From a virus (taxonomy: Duplodnaviria; Heunggongvirae; Uroviricota; Caudoviricetes), in IMG/VR virus record IMGVR_UViG_2541047739_000007: DNA of 32,653 nt; one strand, 5' to 3'. The notes below the pieces were generated by a model. That model did no database searches. It was given only the letters and a program-made list of their open reading frames with translations, and had not been told where the DNA came from. Positions 1 to 7,864 of the stretch are shown one piece after another (the first letter of the stretch is position 1; each line of letters starts with the position of its first letter). Made by a program: the position numbers and the translations under genes.

Positions 1-1164
1 TTACGCCTTCTTTATATCCTCCATAATTCCACAGTGGGACATATTTGGGACATTATCACCAAAAATGTCGTCTATTTTCCTTGCATGCTCTGTCAAATGA
101 TTAGGCGCAAGGTGAGCATACCTACGAACCATTTCTATGGACTCCCATCCGCCCATTTCCTGAAGCACAGATAATGGGACGCCTGACTGGATCAGCCAGC
201 TTGCCCAGGTGTGTCTGAGGTCATGGAAACGGAAATCTTCAATTCCTGCACGACGACAAGCTGATAGCCATGATGTCTTGCTGTCGATGCGCATCTTCCT
301 GACCGCAGGCGTTGATGTTCCATCTGCTCGCTTAGTCGCCTTGGTATGTACAAACACCCATTTGTGATGCTTGCCTATTTGATCACGCAACACTTTACAG
401 GCGGTATCGTTCAGCGCCACACCAATGGCGCGGTTTGATTTGCTCTCTTCTGGATTCACCCAGGCAACTCGTCGCTGCATGTCGATTTGTTGCCATTCCA
501 GATTTATGATGTTCGACTTTCTCAGACCAGTTGCCAGCGCAAACTTGACGACAGATTTCAGTGGTTCGGGGCACTCATCAATAAGGCGTTTTGCTTCCTC
601 CTTTTCCAGCCATCTGACTCGCTTGTTTCTGACCGCTGGTATCTTGATGACAGGCGCTTTTTCCAGCCACTTCCAGTCGCGTTCTGCAGCACGGAGAATG
701 GCCTTTATCATGGCAAGATGCTTTGCCTTTGTCTGAGTTGATACTGGCTTTGGTTCATAAACAGGCGGTTCTTTACCTTTCCTGATGGCGGCCTGAACTT
801 TCTGTTTCCATATTTCTTTCGTCTTTCTGTTATGCATTCTGCTTACAGCAGAGTAAATCTTTGCCTCCGAGATATCTTTAAGCCTTATACCCTCAAAATG
901 TTCAAGCCAGAACTCAATCCGGCTTTTATCTGAATCGAGAGATTTTTTATCAGCTTTTTCCTCAAGCCATCTTAGGCAGGCCTCTTCAAAAGTGACATCA
1001 GGTAAATCCCCTAGCTTTTCTACTCGCCAGAGTTCTGCTTTTCGCTTGTCGTGCAACTCCTGAGCTTGCCGCTTGTCCTTTGTGCCAAGAGATTCCTTAA
1101 TTCGTTTCCCGCCCGGGAGCGAATACGAGGCATACCATATTTCATTTCTGCGGAAGAGTGACAT
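1..1164 (-). CDS. int: Tyrosine site-specific integrase, P22/lambdoid type
   Basis: 387-aa ORF; N-terminus [34 protein letters not shown] resembles P22-family integrases; C-terminal HDLRHT...RYAHL tyrosine-recombinase signature; window begins at its stop codon, so att lies left of the window. Confidence 0.9.
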   Translation of the reverse strand: MSLFRRNEIWYASYSLPGGKRIKESLGTKDKRQAQELHDKRKAELWRVEKLGDLPDVTFEEACLRWLEEKADKKSLDSDKSRIEFWLEHFEGIRLKDISEAKIYSAVSRMHNRKTKEIWKQKVQAAIRKGKEPPVYEPKPVSTQTKAKHLAMIKAILRAAERDWKWLEKAPVIKIPAVRNKRVRWLEKEEAKRLIDECPEPLKSVVKFALATGLRKSNIINLEWQQIDMQRRVAWVNPEESKSNRAIGVALNDTACKVLRDQIGKHHKWVFVHTKATKRADGTSTPAVRKMRIDSKTSWLSACRRAGIEDFRFHDLRHTWASWLIQSGVPLSVLQEMGGWESIEMVRRYAHLAPNHLTEHARKIDDIFGDNVPNMSHCGIMEDIKKA

Positions 1165-1391
1165 TTTCTTTCCTCTGTTATGCCATCACCCGCGCTCACC
1201 TGGACAGTATGCAGCGGAGACTGAAGCGCCGCAATGCAAGCTTGCCGTGTTGTGAGGTAAGGAGATTTTGGCTTGGTTGGATCTTTACGTGTTGCCTGTA
1301 GGCGGCCTGTTCGTATCCAGTTGGTGGCGGTTGGTCTGGATATCTTAAGAAACTGACAGGCCTCATCGAGTGTGAGGCTGTATGGCTCCAT
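1020..1391 (-). CDS. xis: Excisionase-like DNA-binding protein (Xis/AlpA-like), 3' end overlaps int start
   Basis: Start [31 protein letters not shown] (HTH) at 1391, translationally coupled (TAATG) to the upstream gene; position immediately upstream of int. Start choice within the longer 1020..1475 ORF is inferred. Confidence 0.6.
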   Translation of the reverse strand: MEPYSLTLDEACQFLKISRPTATNWIRTGRLQATRKDPTKPKSPYLTTRQACIAALQSPLHTVQVSAGDGITEERKCHSSAEMKYGMPRIRSRAGNELRNLLAQRTSGKLRSCTTSEKQNSGE

Positions 1392-1696
1392 TATTTCACC
1401 TCTTGCTGTGTCATTGTTGAAAAATGGATACCAGCTCGTTGCTGCCAGACGATCCAACCGAGAGTCATATCCCATGCCATGTATTCGTTATCGCCGTTTT
1501 TTACTCTCCGACGATCTACTAAGTCACCGAAACGCTTTTCCATGAATAATTCATAGGCTTCGCGTTCATCTGGCTCTACTTCCAGAGATACGAGTGCGAT
1601 TTCATAAGCACGGCGCTCAATATCGTCTCGAACCTCTAGGCTGCTGATTCGTTCTTTGATTTCTTTAATCAGTTCTTTATTGGTAAATGTGGTCAT
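1391..1696 (-). CDS. Hypothetical phage early protein, 101 aa (resembles CPS-53 YfdT from memory)
   Basis: ORF MTTFTNKELIKEIKERISSLEV...; stop overlaps xis start; part of a co-directional overlapping gene chain. Confidence 0.55.
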   Translation of the reverse strand: MTTFTNKELIKEIKERISSLEVRDDIERRAYEIALVSLEVEPDEREAYELFMEKRFGDLVDRRRVKNGDNEYMAWDMTLGWIVWQQRAGIHFSTMTQQEVK

Positions 1697-2058
1697 TATG
1701 CTCCAGCCTCCGGTGCTTTTGGCATTACTGCCCAGTGAGTGATATTGACGTTTTCAAGGTCCCCGACCTGAAATGTCCACTGCCATTCTCCGGTTTCTTT
1801 TTGTCCCCAGGTGTACCAGAGAGAACGCCAGCCAATCAGCCAGCCTTCTCCATTAGCATCAAATAACAGAACACTTTCATTTGCTGGTGGCAGTTCAGCT
1901 GACACTGGTATTATTTTGTTTTCCAGTGCCGCACATTTAGCTTCAAGCGCGTCGAATTTACGTAACAGGTACTCAGCATTTGTTTCATTCACTTTCAGAT
2001 CTCGCGGTACACATTTCCCGCGAAGAAACCCTTCCATTTCGAAAACATTCATGCGCAT
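1696..2058 (-). CDS. Hypothetical phage early protein, 120 aa (resembles CPS-53 YfdS from memory)
   Basis: ORF MRMNVFEMEGFLRGKCVPRDLKV...; tightly packed with neighbours on the same strand. Confidence 0.55.
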   Translation of the reverse strand: MRMNVFEMEGFLRGKCVPRDLKVNETNAEYLLRKFDALEAKCAALENKIIPVSAELPPANESVLLFDANGEGWLIGWRSLWYTWGQKETGEWQWTFQVGDLENVNITHWAVMPKAPEAGA

Positions 2059-2585
2059 TTGCGTAACTCCGATAAATCGTTAAAACGTTCCATAAACATC
2101 CCGTAGGCATGACCCGGTGCCAGTGGAATCACGTTGAACATCTCTGTTGCCGGGATGCCTTCCAGTACAGGCCAGAAAGAGCCATCATCAAGCCCGAGAT
2201 CGCGGCGTTCGGTTGCCAGCATGATGAGATCGGCATATTTCACGGGTGTACTCATAACTGGGGGTAACCCGTATTTCTCACGGATTACGGCGTCTATTTT
2301 TTCTTCCATCCGTTTATAGTCAGGAAGAAGGCGTTTCAGTGGTGCGGGAATGTCCTGGCAATACGCTTCTGTTGCATCATGCATTAACGCTTCAAAAGCA
2401 AATTCCTGCGGCACCAGCTGGCTGCAAAGAACCGCATGTTGGGCGACGCTGTAGAAGTGCGAAAGATGACCGGCAAAGCGACAGATATTTGAAAGGGAAA
2501 CCGCGATATCGTTAATATCGATGTCGTCTTTATTTATCTTGTCATAATAAAAATGCTTCCCGGAAAAAGTTTTAATAAATGACAT
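2049..2585 (-). CDS. HD-domain phosphohydrolase (YfdR-like 5'-deoxynucleotidase family)
   Basis: Start MSFIKTF preceded by GGAGA SD; contains an H...HD metal-binding motif (ALMHDATEA); about 178 aa. Confidence 0.7.
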   Translation of the reverse strand: MSFIKTFSGKHFYYDKINKDDIDINDIAVSLSNICRFAGHLSHFYSVAQHAVLCSQLVPQEFAFEALMHDATEAYCQDIPAPLKRLLPDYKRMEEKIDAVIREKYGLPPVMSTPVKYADLIMLATERRDLGLDDGSFWPVLEGIPATEMFNVIPLAPGHAYGMFMERFNDLSELRKCA

Positions 2586-2903
2586 TTTGTTCTCCACGTA
2601 TATGCACTGCACCGCGCTGAATTCTGGTAAAAGGAAGCCCTCACCATCCGGTGATTATTGAGTTAATTACGTTTCCATAAATGCCCCCGCAGGGGCATTT
2701 GCAGTAATGAAATCAGGCGGTGAAAGTACCAATAAAGGTTTCTACTTTGCTGTCTTTGAATTTCTCAACAAGCAGATCACGAAATTCGTTAGCCATTTCT
2801 TCCTGCACCGCTTCCAGCTGAATAATGCGCAGAACCAGTACAGGACGATCGCCAGTGATAATGCTGAGGCGTAATTTAAACGGACGTTCTTTCAGACCTT
2901 CAA

Positions 2904-2912
2904 ACGGAACGC
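2904..2912. repeat. IS1 target-site duplication, left copy (ACGGAACGC)
   Basis: Identical 9-mer directly abuts both IS1 termini. Confidence 0.9.
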
Positions 2913-2967
2913 GGTGATGCTGCCAACTTACTGATTTAGTGTATGATGGTGTTTTTGAGGTGCTCCA

Positions 2968-3243
2968 GTGGCTTCTGTTTCTATCAGCTGTCCCTCCTGT
3001 TCAGCTACTGACGGGGTGGTGCGTAACGGCAAAAGCACCGCCGGACATCAGCGCTATCTCTGCTCTCACTGCCGTAAAACATGGCAACTGCAGTTCACTT
3101 ACACCGCTTCTCAACCCGGTACGCACCAGAAAATCATTGATATGGCCATGAATGGCGTTGGATGCCGGGCAACAGCCCGCATTATGGGCGTTGGCCTCAA
3201 CACGATTTTACGTCACTTAAAAAACTCAGGCCGCAGTCGGTAA
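2968..3243 (+). CDS. insA: IS1 InsA (transposition inhibitor / N-terminal part of transposase)
   Basis: 91-aa [46 protein letters not shown]... recognised as IS1 InsA. Confidence 0.95.
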
Positions 3244-3665
3244 CCTCGCGCATACAGCCGGGCAGTGACGTCATCGTCTGCGCGGAAATGGACGAACAGT
3301 GGGGCTATGTCGGGGCTAAATCGCGCCAGCGCTGGCTGTTTTACGCGTATGACAGGCTCCGGAAGACGGTTGTTGCGCACGTATTCGGTGAACGCACTAT
3401 GGCGACGCTGGGGCGTCTTATGAGCCTGCTGTCACCCTTTGACGTGGTGATATGGATGACGGATGGCTGGCCGCTGTATGAATCCCGCCTGAAGGGAAAG
3501 CTGCACGTAATCAGCAAGCGATATACGCAGCGAATTGAGCGGCATAACCTGAATCTGAGGCAGCACCTGGCACGGCTGGGACGGAAGTCGCTGTCGTTCT
3601 CAAAATCGGTGGAGCTGCATGACAAAGTCATCGGGCATTATCTGAACATAAAACACTATCAATAA
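3162..3665 (+). CDS. insB: IS1 InsB reading frame (expressed as InsAB' transposase via -1 frameshift at A6C, 3219-3225)
   Basis: 167-aa frame ...[28 protein letters not shown]... recognised as IS1 InsB; TTAAAAAAC slippery run present. Confidence 0.95.
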
Positions 3666-3680
3666 GTTGGAGTCATTACC

Positions 3681-3689
3681 ACGGAACGC
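3681..3689. repeat. IS1 target-site duplication, right copy (ACGGAACGC)
   Basis: Identical to 2904..2912. Confidence 0.9.
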
Positions 3690-4379
3690 ATTTAAATTCA
3701 AATGCCACTGGCATAATGTCTTTGGTCTTCGCTTCGACAGACTCCATCAGGGAGCGTTTGCCGCTGAAGTCATTATCTTCAAAATCAGCGGTCTGGTTTG
3801 CTTCAATCGTGATTTTACGGACTGCCGCAGCCGCTTTTGTTGCCTGAATAGCGTCACCATTAGCATCAAAGCCCACAAGGTAGTCGGCCCAGTCTTCGAT
3901 CCATTCTGCCAGTGACTTCTGGGAGTTACGCTCGCCGTTAACAGACAACAGAGCAGAGAACGGTGCTGTCTTTTTCAGTTTGAGAGTGGCAGTGTTATCT
4001 GCGTGACCTGGCTCATCAATAGTACCCAGGTTAAGCACACTGACGGCACGCATATTATCGGCATCGATAAAGCAGCGGGTGCCTTCATCTGCAAGATCTT
4101 TAGAATAACGGGTAAAATCATCGATGCTGGCAGTGGAAAGTGCACCACGGAAACGGAAGCGATTTAAATTAAATTTTTCCAGATCATGAATGCGGAAATT
4201 CTCAGGCAATGCCACAGCATCGGCACCAATCTTACTGATAATTTCATTAACACCCTGAGCAGAAATAAGGGCATGGATTTGATTAATTGCGGTTGCGTCT
4301 AAGTTCTGAGACATAATAAGTCCTCACTATATAAAGATATTCAGTGATGAGATAAATAATCAGTTTATTACGAACGATA

Positions 4380-4742
4380 TTAACGACCTGCTGCGCGGAG
4401 TTTTCCGTCAGGTTCACCGGCAAGAGTCAGTAATTGTCCCTGGTCTTCCTGCAGAATAGTCAGGCGACCACCGCGATTGACATACATCGGCGTTTCGGTG
4501 GTGTCTTCTTCGGAAATTTTCCCGCGGTTAGTTGGGCGAACATATGAGAGTTTGTGTTTGATTTTCACACGGTTCTCATCAAACGGTTCGATTTCCAGAT
4601 TGAGTGAGACCTTCCCTTTGGTTTTCGTGTTCATCACACCGGAAGCGACCTCACTGAGAACTGCGCCGATTTTGGTTTCAAATACGCCGCCGTCCAGCTC
4701 CCCGATAAATGCCTGCACATCAGTACTGCGTTCGCTAGCCAT
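4380..4742 (-). CDS. Hypothetical phage early protein, 120 aa (resembles CPS-53 YfdP from memory)
   Basis: Start MASERSTDVQAFIGELDGGVF preceded by GAGGAG SD with 7-nt spacer; the longer track ORF starting at 4907 is probably an upstream over-extension. Confidence 0.6.
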   Translation of the reverse strand: MASERSTDVQAFIGELDGGVFETKIGAVLSEVASGVMNTKTKGKVSLNLEIEPFDENRVKIKHKLSYVRPTNRGKISEEDTTETPMYVNRGGRLTILQEDQGQLLTLAGEPDGKLRAAGR

Positions 4743-4791
4743 TTTGCTGCTCCTCATCATATCGACCCTGCAAGGTCGGTTGGTTTCTCCA

Positions 4792-4878
4792 CAAAACAGA
4801 GAAGAACACCTGCGGTGGCAGCCGCCCGGATGGATTGGGTTATGAGCCCGTCGTCCGGTGATGCTCTTCTCTGTTTTG
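4792..4878. repeat. 14-bp perfect inverted repeat (CAAAACAGAGAAGA / TCTTCTCTGTTTTG) flanking a 59-nt GC-rich spacer
   Basis: Arms at 4792-4805 and 4865-4878; the spacer has further local stems (GCGG...CCGC); sits about 50 nt upstream of the 4742 start codon. Confidence 0.6.
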
Positions 4879-4888
4879 CAAAAAAGGA

Positions 4889-4925
4889 CGGTACCAGCCG
4901 GAAGCAAGGGTACAAACTGGTACCG
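4889..4925. promoter_or_regulatory. 9-bp perfect inverted repeat CGGTACCAG / CTGGTACCG with 19-nt loop containing GGTACAAA; candidate leftward operator (oL-like) or RNA hairpin
   Basis: Arms 4889-4897 and 4917-4925; shares the GGTACA core with the palindrome between cI and cro. Confidence 0.4.
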
Positions 4926-5144
4926 CCAGGACTACACACAGCATAAAGTTGTGGTGCCGGGTGCCTCCCGGTGCCTGGCGAAGGTTGCACACCAGGCGGG
5001 TGGGTATCCACAGAAGGTCGACTGTCAGCCTCAACCTTAACCCGCGTGCGCTGAGCCGCATTCACCACAACGCTAAGGATTCTCTCTGGTTGAAAATACT
5101 TAGCTGTTATGTGCCTGCTTTTAGCCACATCAGGCGAGGTGGAC

Positions 5145-5198
5145 CTGGTTATTCCCCAACAACAAGGATTCGGTTAATCTGGATATCCCCAACAACAA
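5145..5198. repeat. Direct repeat pair CTGG(T/A)TAT(T)CCCCAACAACAA
   Basis: TCCCCAACAACAA at 5153-5165 and 5186-5198, 33 bp apart, immediately upstream of the 5215/5238 start. Confidence 0.6.
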
Positions 5199-5214
5199 TA
5201 AGAGTATTCAATGT

Positions 5215-5728
5215 GATCGCTGAATTAACGGCAGCAATGACGGCTATTCGTGAAACAGCCCAGATTGCAAAACTAATGAACGAGGCAAAAACTCAAGCTG
5301 AAGTAAATGCGGCTATTGGTGAGCTGAACTCAAAGCTTGCGTCTATTCAGCGCGAATGCGTGTCTCTCGTTGAACTGGTGGGCTCTTATCAAGAAATAAA
5401 TGCTTCTCTCAAAGCTAAAATTGCAGAATTCGAAAACTTTGAGGCTCAGACGGAAGGCTATATCCTTAACCAACTTGAGTCGGGTACTTTTGTATACTCG
5501 AAGGAGGTAATCGTGAACGGTGGCAGCATAACCATGCATCTTTGCCCAAAATGTTTTGGACAAAAGATAGTATCGATACTTCAACCATTCCCGGTTAGCA
5601 AAGATGAGCTTTTTCATAAAAGCAGGTGCCTCCACTGTGAAAATAAGTTTCTGATGAATAAAAATCCGGATTACGTATCGCCTCCATCCATTGAGGAGTT
5701 GTCCAGAAAACTTAACGGCAATCTGTAG
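5215..5728 (+). CDS. Orphan hypothetical protein: predicted coiled-coil N-terminus and C-terminal CxxC...CxxC zinc-ribbon
   Basis: AT-rich ORF between the leftward early operon and cI, on the opposite strand to both; start uncertain (GTG 5215 or ATG 5238, MTAIRETAQIAKLMNEAK...); CPKCFGQ...17 aa...CLHCENK; own terminator downstream. Confidence 0.5.
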
Positions 5729-5767
5729 ATTGCTACTGTTGTGGATATCCAGATTGTTAAAGAGCTA

Positions 5768-5791
5768 AGCGTCCTGTAGGGCGCTTTTTTG
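5768..5791 (+). terminator. Intrinsic terminator after the orphan gene
   Basis: AGCGTCC-TGTA-GGGCGCT stem-loop followed by TTTTTT. Confidence 0.6.
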
Positions 5792-5904
5792 TTGCTAATG
5801 AATCATCCTAGACTTCATATGCTCCAGGCGGCTACTTCGTGGGCGTCCTGCCTGTTTGTTGTTTCTCTTGGGTACATTATGTATCCCAAAGGCACATTGT
5901 CAAG

Positions 5905-5929
5905 TATAAAAAAACCTGCCGAAGCAGGT
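5905..5929 (-). terminator. Intrinsic terminator of cI (minus strand)
   Basis: ACCTGC-CGAA-GCAGGT hairpin 14 nt after the cI stop, followed on the minus strand by a 7-U run. Confidence 0.7.
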
Positions 5930-5942
5930 TCATAAACATTGA

Positions 5943-6617
5943 TTAGGCTTTGATTTTGTATCTTCTTGGTTTTCCTGAGAAAATCACAGTTCCAATTATA
6001 GAGCAATTACCGTTGATCTTAATGTAAGGCTCAGGCCAGTTTGGGTTTAACGCTTTGAGATAACGCTGTGTCCCATCTTCTATCAACCTTTTGAAGGTGG
6101 TTTCACCTGTATCGTGCATCAATGCAATAACGTCGTCACCGTGGCAGGCAGGTACTTCAGGATCGACAAAAATCATGTCTCCCGGGCGGTACTCATCAAT
6201 CATTGAATCACCTATCACCCGCAAGATATAAGTCATTTCCCCACAGGGTACAGGGCAGGGATACGTTTCTGCTGTGCTCAAATCAACCTCAGAATATCCA
6301 ACTTCTTTCCATGCTCCGGCCTGTACCCATGATATGACAGGGACTAATGTGATTTGTTTATTAGTGATTGAAACATCAGGTTTTTTTGTGATGTTCGTTG
6401 TCTGGTGTTCTTGATCGAGCCATCCGACAGGCAGGTCGAAACATTTTTCGATGTGTCGTGCCATGCTGTCACCGATATTTTTAGTAGCACCATCTCCCAT
6501 AAACCTGCTGGTCTGGGTTGGCTCGCGATCAATCATAGTGGCAAAGGAAGAATTCCCGCCAACACCATCTCTCAGTTTTCTGGCGTTAGACCGCCGGATG
6601 TCATGGATTGTTTTCAT
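5943..6617 (-). CDS. cI: CI-like prophage repressor with C-terminal S24 (LexA-like) self-cleaving peptidase domain
   Basis: 224 aa; C-terminal GDSM serine motif and downstream TFKRL lysine (Ser-Lys dyad); divergent from a cro-like gene. Confidence 0.85.
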   Translation of the reverse strand: MKTIHDIRRSNARKLRDGVGGNSSFATMIDREPTQTSRFMGDGATKNIGDSMARHIEKCFDLPVGWLDQEHQTTNITKKPDVSITNKQITLVPVISWVQAGAWKEVGYSEVDLSTAETYPCPVPCGEMTYILRVIGDSMIDEYRPGDMIFVDPEVPACHGDDVIALMHDTGETTFKRLIEDGTQRYLKALNPNWPEPYIKINGNCSIIGTVIFSGKPRRYKIKA

Positions 6618-6632
6618 AACGAAATTAAAACC

Positions 6633-6653
6633 CTTGTACCGTTAAGGTACAAG
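6633..6653. promoter_or_regulatory. Candidate operator: inverted repeat CTTGTACC-GTTAA-GGTACAAG
   Basis: 8-bp perfect arms with 5-bp spacer in the 90-bp cI/cro divergent region. Confidence 0.55.
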
Positions 6654-6657
6654 TATC

Positions 6658-6685
6658 TTGAAGGTTCATTTCAATCATGTAATAT
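6658..6685 (+). promoter_or_regulatory. Candidate rightward promoter (pR-like): TTGAAG-N16-TAATAT
   Basis: -35/-10 hexamers about 25 nt upstream of the GGAGG SD and cro ATG. Confidence 0.45.
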
Positions 6686-6707
6686 GTATACCGGAGGTAC
6701 ATATTGT

Positions 6708-6908
6708 ATGAAAGCGTATTGGGACTCTTTAACCAAAGAACAGCAGGGCGAGTTGGCCGGAAAAGTTGGCTCAACACCTGGCTACTTACGGCTGGTTTTC
6801 AATGGCTATAAAAAAGCCAGTTTTGTGCTGGCTAAAAAACTTGAGCAATGCACGTCAGGTGCAATTACGAAATCTGACTTAAGACCGGATATCTATCCGA
6901 AAGATTAG
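6708..6908 (+). CDS. cro: Cro-like small HTH regulator
   Basis: 66-aa ORF MKAYWDSLTKEQQGELAGKVGSTPGYLRLVFNG... with GGAGG SD; divergent from cI. Confidence 0.7.
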   Translation: MKAYWDSLTKEQQGELAGKVGSTPGYLRLVFNGYKKASFVLAKKLEQCTSGAITKSDLRPDIYPKD

Positions 6909-6939
6909 CAGAACACTTTCAATTTTTAACCACAGAACG

Positions 6940-7509
6940 ATGAGGCTAATCGTGGGTAAGCATCACTGGAAAATAGAAAAACAGCCTGAGTGGTACGTGA
7001 AAGCTGTCAGAAAAACTATCGCGGCGTTGCCGGGTGGTTACGCTGAAGCGGCTGACTGGCTCGATGTAACAGAAAACGCTTTATTCAACCGCCTTCGTGC
7101 AGATGGCGATCAGATTTTCCCGCTGGGATGGGCAATGGTTTTACAGCGTGCTGGTGGCACTCATTTCATTGCTGATGCTGTGGCGCAGTCTGCAAATGGC
7201 GTCTTTGTGTCTCTTCCTGACGTCGAGGATGTGGACAACGCCGATATTAACCAGCGTCTGCTGGAAGTCATTGAACAGATCGGCAGTTATTCAAAACAGA
7301 TTCGTTCAGCAATCGAAGACGGTGTAGTGGAACCGCATGAGAAGACAGCAATTAACGACGAGCTGTATCTCTCAATTTCGAAGCTGCAGGAGCATGCAGC
7401 ACTTGTCTACAAAATTTTTTGCATTTCAGAAAGTAATGACGCCCGCGAGTGTGCAGCTCCGGGCGTCGTGGCGTCGATTGCTTCTGGTTGTGGAGAAACT
7501 AACGCATGA
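6940..7509 (+). CDS. Putative CII-like / YdaT-like regulatory protein
   Basis: 189-aa ORF directly after cro; alternative GTG start at 6952 has a better SD; family assignment from position and weak motif resemblance only. Confidence 0.4.
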   Translation: MRLIVGKHHWKIEKQPEWYVKAVRKTIAALPGGYAEAADWLDVTENALFNRLRADGDQIFPLGWAMVLQRAGGTHFIADAVAQSANGVFVSLPDVEDVDNADINQRLLEVIEQIGSYSKQIRSAIEDGVVEPHEKTAINDELYLSISKLQEHAALVYKIFCISESNDARECAAPGVVASIASGCGETNA

Positions 7510-7864
7510 ACAGTTTAACAACACACTACCGTCGCTCGCAACTGATTGCGCTTCCTGTACCGGGTGGAAAAGCGAAGGTGGAATATTGCTATGCAGTGAA
7601 TGTACCAGGTGACAGGGAAATTGTAACCCACAGCTTTGCAGAGTGGGCTGTGGGGGATTTCAACCGGCAGAAGGAGACAGTCCTTTGCGACAAGTTAACC
7701 GCTGGTTCAAAGATCACTACGGAGTGCCCGTCAGAGTCATTCGTTGGGAACCGGAAACACAACGGGTTATCTACCTCCGCGAAGGCTATGAGCATGAGTG
7801 CTTCAGTCCGCTCGAACAGTTTCGTCGTAAATTCAGGGAAATAGAGGTCGGTCATGAGCACTAA
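7506..7864 (+). CDS. Hypothetical protein, apparently frameshifted: frame-A N-terminus (7506..~7655) continues in frame B (7613..7864)
   Basis: Frame-A C-terminal tail is low-complexity while the overlapping frame-B ORF looks protein-like and ends overlapping the next gene start; a GGGGG run at 7652-7656 is the likely shift point. Confidence 0.4.

Larger units (their letters stand above)
2913..3680 (+). mobile_element. Insertion sequence IS1 (768 bp)
   Basis: Terminal inverted repeats GGTGATGCTGCCAACTTACTGAT (left) and ATCAATAAGTTGGAGTCATTACC (right); encodes InsA and InsB; flanked by a 9-bp direct duplication. Confidence 0.97.
2713..4314 (-). pseudogene. YfdQ-like (DUF2303-type) early gene split by an IS1 insertion; N-terminal part 3681..4314, C-terminal part 2713..2912
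   Basis: ORF 3676..4314 runs into IS1 and stops 3 codons inside it; removing IS1 plus one copy of the 9-bp duplication restores an in-frame continuation (...[23 protein letters not shown]...TFIGTFTA*) ending at 2713. Confidence 0.75.

Noticed and set aside
425-741. Two plus-strand ORFs (103 and 84 aa) inside the integrase gene
   Set aside because: Antisense to a well-supported int CDS, no SD, Ser/Cys/Arg-rich translations typical of out-of-frame reading.
1392-1475. Upstream 28-codon extension of the xis ORF (track start at 1475)
   Set aside because: It would overlap the upstream gene by 28 codons; the internal ATG at 1391 is translationally coupled (TAATG) and gives an N-terminus that begins with the HTH.
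4743-5128. Minus-strand ORFs of 123 and 73 aa and the upstream part of the 4380..4907 ORF in the GC-rich intergenic block
   Set aside because: No ribosome-binding sites, Arg/Pro/Gly-rich low-complexity translations driven by GC content; the region is better explained as structured non-coding DNA.
4949-5214. N-terminal 90-codon extension of the 259-aa plus-strand ORF
   Set aside because: The extension is Arg-rich and lies in the GC-rich repeat block; composition changes sharply at about 5215, where a plausible start occurs.
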